From: an uncultured Planctomycetia bacterium | GTDB taxonomy: Bacteria > Omnitrophota > Gorgyraeia > Duberdicusellales > Duberdicusellaceae | Length of the DNA stretch: 64,000 bases | Assembly (NCBI GenBank): GCA_964634935.1 | Contig: CAZWJT010000004.1 | Span: forward strand, 30,915 to 94,914 | Direction: 5' to 3' | Shown here: one piece after another, positions 48,202-57,111 of the stretch | Layout: each line of letters opens with the position of its first letter | Numbering within the stretch: the first letter of the stretch is position 1 | The notes under the pieces: model-generated | The model's database searches: none | What the model saw: the letters and a program-made list of their open reading frames with translations, nothing else | Told to the model about the DNA's origin: nothing | Made by a program: the position numbers and the translations under genes

Positions 48202-49395
48202 ATGCGCGTACCTTTCGGCACAATTACCATCCCCGAACAAACAAAAAAACTCATTCAAGAAATCCTTGAAAGTGGACGCGTTTCTAATGGAAAATATGTT
48301 TATGCGTTCGAGCAAAAGTTTGCGCGGCTCATCGGAACAACCGAAGCCGTTGCGCTCAGCAGCGGAACAGATGCCGATGCTCTCGCACTTGCAGTCCTCT
48401 ATGATTTAAAAGCACAGCGGGGTGATGAAATTATTCTCCCGGCACTTTCATTTGTCGCCACCGGAAATGCAGTACTTCAGGCAGGATTTACTCCTATCTT
48501 TGTTGACATCAACGAAGAAACTCTCAATATTGACCCAGCACAAATAACTCAAGCAATCACGAAAAAAACCAGGGCAATCATGCCAGTACATCTCATGGGA
48601 AAACCAGCAGAGATGGACACAATTTGTGAAATTGCCAAAGCATACAATCTTCTGGTTATCGAAGACGCCGCGGAAGCTCACGGTGCTCGCTATAAAGGAA
48701 AAACAATAGGCTCTATTGGAGACCTGGCGGCATTCAGCCTCTACATAGCACACATCATCAGTACAATCGAAGGAGGCATAATCACAACGAATAATCAGAA
48801 ATATGCTGAAATCCTTCGTTCCTTGCGTTCGCATGGACGAGCTTGCAAGTGTCAGATATGCCTTTTAAATGCATCAAACGATTCCTGCAAACAGCGCTTC
48901 GAACAGAATCGCGACATTCGTTTTATCTTTGAACGAATTGGATTCTCTGCAAAAATGAATGAACTGGAAGCAGCAGTCGGTCTGGGGGGGCTTGCGCTGT
49001 TTGAAACAATAATTACAAAACGAAAACAGACACTCGCTACGCTCATACAATGTTTCGGAAAGTTCTCCCGATATATAACCACCTTTCGCCAAGAATCTCA
49101 TGAAGAAATTGGTCCACACGGATTTCCAATGATCCTCAAACGTGACGCCCCATTCTCACGGAATGAGTTTGTTCTATACCTCGAGAAAAAAGGAGTAGAT
49201 ACCCGAGACCTTTTTTCGTCTATGCCGACCCAGTGCGCTGGTTTTGAATTTTTAGGAAAAAAAACAGGGGATTTTCCCCATGCGGAATTTATCGGCACTC
49301 ACGGACTGCATATTGGCGTTCACCAGGATTTAACTCCTGATCATATTAGTTACTTTATCGACACCGTTGAACAATTTCTTTCCTCTCATGCTTAA
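48202..49395 (+). CDS. DegT/DnrJ/EryC1/StrS family PLP-dependent sugar aminotransferase
   Basis: 397 aa with typical DegT motifs (SSGTDALALA, MPVHLMGKP). Confidence 0.9.
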   Translation: MRVPFGTITIPEQTKKLIQEILESGRVSNGKYVYAFEQKFARLIGTTEAVALSSGTDADALALAVLYDLKAQRGDEIILPALSFVATGNAVLQAGFTPIFVDINEETLNIDPAQITQAITKKTRAIMPVHLMGKPAEMDTICEIAKAYNLLVIEDAAEAHGARYKGKTIGSIGDLAAFSLYIAHIISTIEGGIITTNNQKYAEILRSLRSHGRACKCQICLLNASNDSCKQRFEQNRDIRFIFERIGFSAKMNELEAAVGLGGLALFETIITKRKQTLATLIQCFGKFSRYITTFRQESHEEIGPHGFPMILKRDAPFSRNEFVLYLEKKGVDTRDLFSSMPTQCAGFEFLGKKTGDFPHAEFIGTHGLHIGVHQDLTPDHISYFIDTVEQFLSSHA

Positions 49396-50212
49396 AAGAC
49401 ATTCCATAACCCAGCGATGGTTCAGCGGAAAAACTGCCCTGGTAACCGGAGCAAGCTCGGGCATCGGCAGAGCCATTGCCCATAAACTTCTTGGCTGGGG
49501 CACGGATGTTCTTGCGTGCGGTCGAGACACTACGGCCTTAGAATCGCTGCGCACTGATTCAAAGCAAACACCAGGCAAGATCATTGAAATCTTTTCCGCT
49601 GACTTTTCCCAGCCTCATCAACTCCATGAGACAGCCATACGTATAAAAAGCAACCACCGCATTGACCTGCTCATTAATAATGCCGGCTTAAGCGACATGC
49701 GCAATTTCATACGGCAACCCTTTGATAGTATTACCGCCCTTGAATATGTGAATATCGGCGCAGTCATCTTTCTTTGTCATATATTTCTCCCATCTTTGAC
49801 CGGAAGAAAAGGAACTGGAATTCTTAACCTCGGTTCAACCGCTTCATTTTTTGCAACTCCTGGTTCCGCGCTCTACGGAGCCTCTAAACATTTCATTCTG
49901 GGATTTACCGATGCACTTCACCAGGAGATGCTTGCGCAGAATGTTCATGTCACCGGACTTTACCCTGGAACAACCCACTCGAAATTTCTTGAACGAGCAA
50001 CAGCCGGACGGTATTCAGCATGGAAAAACGCAATGGATGCATCTGTGGTCGCTGAACAAGGCTTGCATGGATTGGCCAGGAATAAAATTCGGGTCATACC
50101 AGGAATAAGCAATCGAATTAAAGTTAGCATTGCATCGTTGGTGCCCCCTGCTATAATTCTCCAAAAAATCTACAAGGACCTTTCGTGTTACCAGAATCAG
50201 CCTCATGTATAA
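49388..50212 (+). CDS. SDR family oxidoreductase
   Basis: A TGASSGIGRA cofactor motif and a YGASK catalytic YxxxK. The start was set at ATG 49388, overlapping the DegT stop by 8 nt. Confidence 0.85.
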   Translation: MLKRHSITQRWFSGKTALVTGASSGIGRAIAHKLLGWGTDVLACGRDTTALESLRTDSKQTPGKIIEIFSADFSQPHQLHETAIRIKSNHRIDLLINNAGLSDMRNFIRQPFDSITALEYVNIGAVIFLCHIFLPSLTGRKGTGILNLGSTASFFATPGSALYGASKHFILGFTDALHQEMLAQNVHVTGLYPGTTHSKFLERATAGRYSAWKNAMDASVVAEQGLHGLARNKIRVIPGISNRIKVSIASLVPPAIILQKIYKDLSCYQNQPHV

Positions 50213-51326
50213 AAATATTCTGCGCTGGGGAAGAAGCTTTTTTCAGCCGTTGTATGTGATTTTTTTTGTTACGAACCGCTGCAACGCAGGATGCCCTATG
50301 TGTTTCTATGCCCAAAATATGCAAAAAAGCCTCCCGGATGAGAAAGAATTAACAGTAGAGGAATACGAGTGTATCGCCCGGAAAATGAAAACGATAAATG
50401 TGCTCGGTATCTCAGGAGGGGAACCTTTCTTGCGGCAGGACTTACCTGAAATCCTGCATGCCTTTTACCGGAATGCCTCGCCGCTCGTTGTGGACCTACC
50501 AACGAATGGATACTTCACTGAAACAATCACTCGCCACGTTGAACGCATCGCATCTCAATGTCCAAAAATGATTCTCGACCTCCAACTTTCGATCGATGGC
50601 CCGGAAGAAATTCATAATGCGATCCGAAAGCTTCCTGACGGATTCAAAAAACTTGAACAAACTTACGATGCGATGATCGCACTAAAAAATCGATACAAGA
50701 ATTTACGGATAAAAGCCTGCATCGTATACTCGGCGTATAACAAAAATCATATCCGCCAGTTGTTCCGGGTTCTGGATGAGAAATTTTCTCGGCTTGACCG
50801 CATTGTTTTTTCAGTAGTACACGGAACCACCTATAACCCAGAAGCATTGCGCTTTGAGTGGTCGGACTACTTCAAAGAATGTAAACACCTACGTTCTCGA
50901 TCGCGGGTACATAACATCTTCGACTTTCATTCGATCTTTACTATGGCGCTTCGCATTACTAAAAACCACTATCTAAAAAAATCGTTAATAAGAAAAGATT
51001 TTTTCCGCGTCTGTAAGGCAGGGAAAAGGGTCGTTGTGGTAAGTCCAACCGGAACAGTATTTCCCTGCGAACCGCTCTGGGAGGAAGTGGGAAACTTGCG
51101 CACAAACAACTACGATCTTAAGCAGATCATACATTCACCTTCCATGGCGCAGTTTCAGCAAAAAATCAAAAATAAAAGCTGTAACTGTCACTGGGGAATT
51201 CCGATGACAAACGCACTTCTATACAGTCCACGCTATTATCCAAGAATAGCCTATGAAGCAAGCAGCATTTTTCTCCGTAGTATCACTAAAGAAATACCTG
51301 CCGAATCCAGCATTCCACCAGAATAA
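50205..51326 (+). CDS. Radical SAM protein with C-terminal auxiliary Cys cluster (SPASM/twitch-like)
   Basis: NRCNAGCPMC CX3CX2C and ISGGEPFLRQD, with a C-terminal CKAGKRVVVVSPTGTVFPCEPL...CNCHWG. Confidence 0.85.
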   Translation: MYKNILRWGRSFFQPLYVIFFVTNRCNAGCPMCFYAQNMQKSLPDEKELTVEEYECIARKMKTINVLGISGGEPFLRQDLPEILHAFYRNASPLVVDLPTNGYFTETITRHVERIASQCPKMILDLQLSIDGPEEIHNAIRKLPDGFKKLEQTYDAMIALKNRYKNLRIKACIVYSAYNKNHIRQLFRVLDEKFSRLDRIVFSVVHGTTYNPEALRFEWSDYFKECKHLRSRSRVHNIFDFHSIFTMALRITKNHYLKKSLIRKDFFRVCKAGKRVVVVSPTGTVFPCEPLWEEVGNLRTNNYDLKQIIHSPSMAQFQQKIKNKSCNCHWGIPMTNALLYSPRYYPRIAYEASSIFLRSITKEIPAESSIPPE

Positions 51327-51340
51327 TTTCTATCCACTCG

Positions 51341-51372
51341 ACAGTCTTTCCTTTGCAAAGACTGTTTCATTG
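51341..51372 (+). terminator. Possible Rho-independent terminator (9-bp perfect stem acagtcttt/aaagactgt, 7-nt loop, T-rich tail)
   Basis: An inverted repeat is seen directly after the radical SAM stop. The stem GC content is modest. Confidence 0.3.
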
Positions 51373-51427
51373 ATCGATTTTATGATATGATGTCTTGGGA
51401 TAGAGAAAACTTAAACTGAAAACAAAA

Positions 51428-52252
51428 ATGGAAAATTTCCAGGATTTTGCTTTGTTGAAAAAAAAAGCTCTTTCGGTACGCCGTCAAGTATTGGAAATGA
51501 TCGCTTGCGCAGGAAAAGGACACATTGGAGGATCCCTCTCATGCGTTGAAATCATCACCACTCTCTACCTTGCTCCAATATTAAACCACAACCCCGGTAA
51601 TCCCTCCTGGCAGGACCGCGATCGTTTCATTCTCAGCAAAGGCCACGCCGCTGCGACACTCTATGCGGTACTCGCCGAATGCGGCTATCTTGAAAAAGAA
51701 AAACTCTGTTCTTATCAGAAAGAAAAGTGCAGTTTACTTGGCCATCCGGATCGCAGGACATCTGGCATAGAGATTGACTCAGGGTCACTAGGACATGGAC
51801 TAGGAATAGCGACGGGAATAGCGCTTGGAGCAATGAAACTCAACAAGGATTACTTCACCTTTGCTCTCTTAGGAGATGGGGAATGTCACGAAGGAACCAT
51901 ATGGGAAGCGGCACTCTTTGCGGCCCAGCATAACCTGTATAATTTGATTGGTATTATCGACCACAATCAACTCTGCGTGACCGATTTTCTTCGAGACTGT
52001 ATATCCGTAGACCCTCTTGCAGCGAAATGGCAAGCATTCGGCTGGGAAGTCCAAGAAGTGGACGGCCACTCAATTCCCCAGCTTATGAATGTATGCCTAG
52101 ATGCGAAAAAGAAAAAAAATCAAAAACCGCTTATGATTATCGCGCATACAATAAAAGGAAAAGGCGTTTCGTTTATGGAAAATAAGATTGAATGGCATCA
52201 CCGGGTTCCCAAAAAAGAGGAACTCGAGCAAGCCCGAGACGAACTGAAATAA
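51428..52252 (+). CDS. Transketolase, N-terminal (TPP-binding) subunit
   Basis: GHIGGSLSC...GDGECHEG...IIDHNQL. It is a split-gene transketolase. Confidence 0.9.
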   Translation: MENFQDFALLKKKALSVRRQVLEMIACAGKGHIGGSLSCVEIITTLYLAPILNHNPGNPSWQDRDRFILSKGHAAATLYAVLAECGYLEKEKLCSYQKEKCSLLGHPDRRTSGIEIDSGSLGHGLGIATGIALGAMKLNKDYFTFALLGDGECHEGTIWEAALFAAQHNLYNLIGIIDHNQLCVTDFLRDCISVDPLAAKWQAFGWEVQEVDGHSIPQLMNVCLDAKKKKNQKPLMIIAHTIKGKGVSFMENKIEWHHRVPKKEELEQARDELK

Positions 52253-52254
52253 CC

Positions 52255-53217
52255 ATGATTCCCAATAACCATACAATTGACATCCGCGATGCTTTTTTTG
52301 ACATGCTGTACCAATACGCACAAACCGACACAAAAGTCATCGTTCTAACGGCAGACATGGGAGCACAAAGCCTGGAGCAATTGAAGCATGACTTTCCTCG
52401 CCAATATATCAATACGGGGATCGCTGAACAAAATATGATCAGCATTGCAGCTGGGTTAGCACTCTCTGGATGTAAAGTATTTGCGTATGGGATAATTCCT
52501 TTTGTCACATTTCGATGTTTTGAACAAATTAAGGTTGACCTGTGCTCCATGCATCTTCCTGTTACGATCATCGGCGTAGGACCAGGGGTGACTTACGCAA
52601 GCGACGGACCGACACATCATGGAACACATGATATTTCGGTGATGCGGGTACTCCCCGGGATAACGATCTTAAATCCGTCTGACTCAGCTCTTGCGCAAGA
52701 GTGCGCAAACATCTGTTACCAAACACCAAGCCCCACGTATGTGCGTATCGATAAAGGAATATTTCCTCAGCTGTATTCATCTCCTGTCGATTGCACACCT
52801 GGCTTACACCTGTTGAGAAAAGGCACCGATTTGACGATTATCGCTACTGGAACAATAGTGCATACAGCATTGGATGTTGCCAAAAAGCTCGATAACTTCT
52901 CGATTTCTTCTTCAGTAATTGATCTCTATAGAATAAAACCCCTCAACGCACAAAAACTAATAGAATATTGTTCACAAACCAACGCCGTGGTAAGTTTGGA
53001 AGAACATACTCTTGCTGGAGGTCTCGGAAGCATCATCGCTGAATGTTTGAACGATCATCAAATGACTCTGCCGCTCAAGCGCATCGGATTTCCTGATGAG
53101 CACTGCTTATGTGCGGGCGAAAGGAAAACAATCCAGGAAAATTATGGTTTATCCACAGAATTAATCTGTAATACGATTACTTCTTGGCATACGACATGTA
53201 AACAAAAGAAAGGTTGA
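52255..53217 (+). CDS. Transketolase, C-terminal (pyrimidine-binding + TK_C) subunit
   Basis: The start is ATG 52255, 3 nt after the N-subunit stop. The subunit has typical Tkt C-terminal half motifs. Confidence 0.9.
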   Translation: MIPNNHTIDIRDAFFDMLYQYAQTDTKVIVLTADMGAQSLEQLKHDFPRQYINTGIAEQNMISIAAGLALSGCKVFAYGIIPFVTFRCFEQIKVDLCSMHLPVTIIGVGPGVTYASDGPTHHGTHDISVMRVLPGITILNPSDSALAQECANICYQTPSPTYVRIDKGIFPQLYSSPVDCTPGLHLLRKGTDLTIIATGTIVHTALDVAKKLDNFSISSSVIDLYRIKPLNAQKLIEYCSQTNAVVSLEEHTLAGGLGSIIAECLNDHQMTLPLKRIGFPDEHCLCAGERKTIQENYGLSTELICNTITSWHTTCKQKKG

Positions 53218-53223
53218 AGTGGT

Positions 53224-54009
53224 ATGGATTTGGGTATAACTGGGAAAAAGGCATTAGTGACCGGAGGAACTCATGGAATCGGACAAGCAACAGCCCTCTT
53301 GCTTGCTCAAGAAGGCTGTTCAGTCGCCGTATGTTCACGAACAAAGAACAGAATTGATGAAACGCTACAGAAGCTTGAACGCTATAGCGTTCAAACGCTT
53401 GGAATTCAGGCCGATCTGACCAACGAACAAAACATCCAGAACGTTTTTAAAACAATGATTCAGGAGTGGGGCACCATCCATATTCTGATCAACAATGTTG
53501 GAGGCGGAGGAAGATGGGGAAGAGAGATCGTGGAAGAAACTGAAGAAAAAGTCTGGCTTGAGGTATATAATAAGAACGCGCTTACCGCTATCCGCTGCAC
53601 GAACCTTGCATTGCCGTATATGCGTAAACAAAAATGGGGAAGAGTAGTCACCGTTACTTCCATCTTTGGCAGAGAAGCGGGGGGTAATCCCTGGTTCAGC
53701 ATGGCCAAGAGCGCACAAACAGCCCTGATGAAATCCTTGGCAAAAAAACGTTATCTGTCACGGGAAAATATCACTTTCAATAGTGTTGCCCCTGGAGCAA
53801 TTATGATCCCCGATACTGGATGGAGTGCGCTTGCAAAAGAAAATCCCGGTGAGATGAAAAAATTTATTGATGAACACCTTCCGTCCAATCGCTTTGGAAC
53901 GCCGGAAGAAGTTGCACAGGTTATCGCTTTTTTATGTTCAGAAAAAGCAAGCTTAATCAACGGTGCATCAATTCCTGTGGACGGAGGACAAGGTAATAGC
54001 AATCTCTAG
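53224..54009 (+). CDS. SDR family oxidoreductase (3-oxoacyl-ACP reductase-like)
   Basis: TGGTHGIGQA and NNVGGGG motifs, with S-Y-K catalytic residues. Confidence 0.9.
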   Translation: MDLGITGKKALVTGGTHGIGQATALLLAQEGCSVAVCSRTKNRIDETLQKLERYSVQTLGIQADLTNEQNIQNVFKTMIQEWGTIHILINNVGGGGRWGREIVEETEEKVWLEVYNKNALTAIRCTNLALPYMRKQKWGRVVTVTSIFGREAGGNPWFSMAKSAQTALMKSLAKKRYLSRENITFNSVAPGAIMIPDTGWSALAKENPGEMKKFIDEHLPSNRFGTPEEVAQVIAFLCSEKASLINGASIPVDGGQGNSNL

Positions 54010-54015
54010 AATACA

Positions 54016-54684
54016 ATGCCCGAAGTATCGCTTGTCCTCTTTACACTCAATGAAATAGATGGAATGCGGGCAATTATGCCGCAGATCAAAAAAGAATGGT
54101 ACGACGAATTGCTCATTGTTGATGGCGGATCAACCGACGGAACCATTGAATACGCCAAAGAACACGGTTATTTCATCTTTGTCCAGAAAGAAAAAGGAGC
54201 GGGGGCTGCTTTTCGTGAAGCCATGCAGCGAGTAACAAAAGAAATAGTCGTTATTTTTAGTCCAGACGGAAACTCACTCCCTGAGGCGATTCCGCTTCTC
54301 GTCGAAAAGATACACGAGGGCTTTGACCTGGTTATTGCTTCGCGATATCTCAAAGGGGCAAAAAGCCTTGATGATGATCCTGTGACTGCTTTTGGTAATT
54401 GGATGTTTACTCATCTTACCAATCTTTTATTTCACTCACGCTGCACCGACACCCTGGTAATGTATCGCGCTTTTCGGAAAAAGATCCTCAACACTCTTGC
54501 GATCAACACAAAAACTCCTTGTTGGGGAAGCTTAATGCTCATGCGTGCAATCAAACAAAAGCTCTCGATTGCGGAAATTCCTGCAAGCGAACCAAAACGG
54601 ATCGGAGGAACCCGCAAAATGAATCCCTTGCGGAACGGAATCGCGGAATTATATATTTTATTCCGTGAATGGATAAAATGCTAA
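54016..54684 (+). CDS. GT2 family glycosyltransferase (short, DPM1-like), paralog of 41764-42474
   Basis: LVLFTLNEIDGMRAIMPQI...LLIVDGGSTDGTIEYAKEHGY... Confidence 0.8.
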   Translation: MPEVSLVLFTLNEIDGMRAIMPQIKKEWYDELLIVDGGSTDGTIEYAKEHGYFIFVQKEKGAGAAFREAMQRVTKEIVVIFSPDGNSLPEAIPLLVEKIHEGFDLVIASRYLKGAKSLDDDPVTAFGNWMFTHLTNLLFHSRCTDTLVMYRAFRKKILNTLAINTKTPCWGSLMLMRAIKQKLSIAEIPASEPKRIGGTRKMNPLRNGIAELYILFREWIKC

Positions 54685-54688
54685 AGCG

Positions 54689-55654
54689 ATGACGAAACAA
54701 AAAATTCTTATTTGCGGCGGAACAGGATTTATCGGACGAAACTGTGCAGAATATTTCCAGCATAATAAGAAATTTGAAATTTTTGCAACATACCATAGAC
54801 GAACACCGCCAGAAATACCTGGAATAACCTTCCTCAAGGTAAACCTTACCAACCCTAAGGAAGTAGAGCGGGCTCTCGCCGGAAAAGACGTTATTATTCA
54901 GGCAGCCGCATCCACATCTGGAGCGCACGTCATTGTAAATCATCCCGAATTGCATGTAACCGATAACGCAATAATGAACTCGCTTATTTTCCGCGCAGCT
55001 CTGCGGCATAAACCGAAAAATTTAGTTTTTTTTAGCTGTAGCGTTCTTTATCACTCAAGTAAAAAATCACTTAAAGAAACTGACTTTAATCCGAATCAAG
55101 CTCTCTATCCGGCTTATTTCGGAGTAGGCTGGACAAAAATCTATCTTGAAAAAATGTGCGAATTTTATTCCAGAATAGGAAAAACAAATTATACGGTCAT
55201 TCGACATTCAAACATCTATGGACCTCATGATAAATTCGACCCAGGAGAATCACATGTATGCGCTGCGCTTATCGCAAAGGCCGCTCAGGCTTCCCGGACC
55301 ATCACTCTTTGGGGCAAAGGACAAGAAAAGCGAGACCTGCTTTACATAGATGACCTGGTACGTTTTATTGCATTGGTTATTCAGAAGCAGCGTGAGAAAT
55401 TCTCGCTCTATAACGTTGGCAGTGGTTTTTGTATCTCCATAGAGGATCTTGCAAAAACAATTATTTCACTCAGCGCAAAACCTTTACAGGTCCGCTATGA
55501 TACCCAGAAAATATCCCTAGATACCTGTGTATGTCTCAACATCGAAAAAGCTCGCCGGCAATTGGGATGGAAGCCAAAAATTGCGCTCACAGAAGGCTTA
55601 GCCAAAACCATTGCTTGGTATAACAAATCTCGCAGTTACAAGGAAAATAGATGA
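54689..55654 (+). CDS. NAD-dependent epimerase/dehydratase (extended SDR, Fcl/GME-like)
   Basis: A CGGTGFIGRN Rossmann motif and YGPHDKFDP...LWGKGQEKRDLLYIDD, resembling GDP-sugar epimerase/reductases. Confidence 0.85.
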   Translation: MTKQKILICGGTGFIGRNCAEYFQHNKKFEIFATYHRRTPPEIPGITFLKVNLTNPKEVERALAGKDVIIQAAASTSGAHVIVNHPELHVTDNAIMNSLIFRAALRHKPKNLVFFSCSVLYHSSKKSLKETDFNPNQALYPAYFGVGWTKIYLEKMCEFYSRIGKTNYTVIRHSNIYGPHDKFDPGESHVCAALIAKAAQASRTITLWGKGQEKRDLLYIDDLVRFIALVIQKQREKFSLYNVGSGFCISIEDLAKTIISLSAKPLQVRYDTQKISLDTCVCLNIEKARRQLGWKPKIALTEGLAKTIAWYNKSRSYKENR

Positions 55655-57111
55655 ACCAAAAAATCATTCTTGCCACAGTAAACGCAAAGAAAGATCTCTA
55701 TTCAGTCACCGCAGACGAATTCTCGGCGATAGCGCCCAATGTTCAACTTGGCCTTCTCGGTGCGTATATCAAATCAAAAAATATCAACGTGCGAATTATC
55801 GATTCTGAAGAAGAACGACTTTCCATCGACGATTTAATCAATCTCGTGAAAAAGGAAAAACCTTTGCTCTTGGGAATTGTTGCTACGGGCGCAAATCCAT
55901 CTTCTTCTACAATGGTCATGGCCGGAATCGTTGATTTTTTTAAAAAATTCAACATGACAAACTCCCCGGTAAAAACTTTTATCTGGGGACCTCACCCCAC
56001 AGTGCTTCCTGAACGCTCACTCAAAGAAACCCAGGCAAGCTTTATCGTACGCGGAGAAGGGTATGAAACTATTGTCAACTTATTTTATGCTTTACACCGG
56101 GGACAGGAAATCAACCAAATCAAGGGGCTTTCTTACATTGAAAACCAGAACGGTTCAATCCAATATTGCCACACCCCCGATGCCGAACTAATTAAAAATC
56201 TTGATTCTCTCCCGATGATTGACTGGCAAGCGATGAACCCGTCAAAATACCGGGCTCATAATTGGCACTGCTTTGGAAACCTTGAGAACCGCACGCCCTA
56301 CGCAATTATCTGGACAAGCTTTGGGTGCCCTTTCCAATGCAATTACTGTTGTATTAATAATCTCTTCGGCAGAAGGATACAGCGTTTCCGCAGTATCAAA
56401 AATGTGATAGAGGAGATAAGCCTTCTCGTCGAGACCTATAAGGTCAAGAACATTAAAATTCTTGATGAGCTCTTTGTCGTCAATCCCCAGCGCATCGAAG
56501 AATTCTGTGACCGCCTGGAAGAAAAAAGATATTCTCTCAATATGTGGTCATATTCCCGCGTCGACACCATATCGGAACGCCTCCTGAAACGGCTCAAAAC
56601 AGTGGGGATGAATTGGATTTCTTATGGTTTTGAAACCGCCACTCCTCAGATGCTTGACAATATAGAAAAAGGATGCAAACGAGATGTCGATGCCGTAATC
56701 AAAATGACCCAAGAAGCCGGAATTTCAATTTGCGCGGATGTAATGTTTGGACTCCCTGACGACACCATCCAAACCATGGAACAAACCTACGAGTTTCTGG
56801 TGCGCCATAATTTTGAATGGGTTAATATGTATCCGATGTTCGCTTACCCAGGAACCAAGCTCTATGCTGAGTCAAGCGAACCGGAATCATGGAAAACGTA
56901 CGCACTCTATGGAGCAGACTGCATTCCCATGGGTACAAAACATCTCAGCCCTCGGGCAGTACTGAAGTTTCGCGATGAAGCCTTCAGCAGATATTTTGGA
57001 CGCCCTGAATATCTCGCTATGATCGAAAAGAAATTTGGGGTGTCTACCCGAGAACACATTCAACGGATGATTGCCATCCCTCTACGACGCAAACTGCTGG
57101 AACAACAATGA
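55651..57111 (+). CDS. B12-binding domain radical SAM protein (class B)
   Basis: 486 aa with an N-terminal B12-binding-like domain and a TSFGCPFQCNYCC CX3CX2C. It is coupled to the neighbouring genes on both sides by ATGA overlaps. Confidence 0.85.
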   Translation: MNQKIILATVNAKKDLYSVTADEFSAIAPNVQLGLLGAYIKSKNINVRIIDSEEERLSIDDLINLVKKEKPLLLGIVATGANPSSSTMVMAGIVDFFKKFNMTNSPVKTFIWGPHPTVLPERSLKETQASFIVRGEGYETIVNLFYALHRGQEINQIKGLSYIENQNGSIQYCHTPDAELIKNLDSLPMIDWQAMNPSKYRAHNWHCFGNLENRTPYAIIWTSFGCPFQCNYCCINNLFGRRIQRFRSIKNVIEEISLLVETYKVKNIKILDELFVVNPQRIEEFCDRLEEKRYSLNMWSYSRVDTISERLLKRLKTVGMNWISYGFETATPQMLDNIEKGCKRDVDAVIKMTQEAGISICADVMFGLPDDTIQTMEQTYEFLVRHNFEWVNMYPMFAYPGTKLYAESSEPESWKTYALYGADCIPMGTKHLSPRAVLKFRDEAFSRYFGRPEYLAMIEKKFGVSTREHIQRMIAIPLRRKLLEQQ

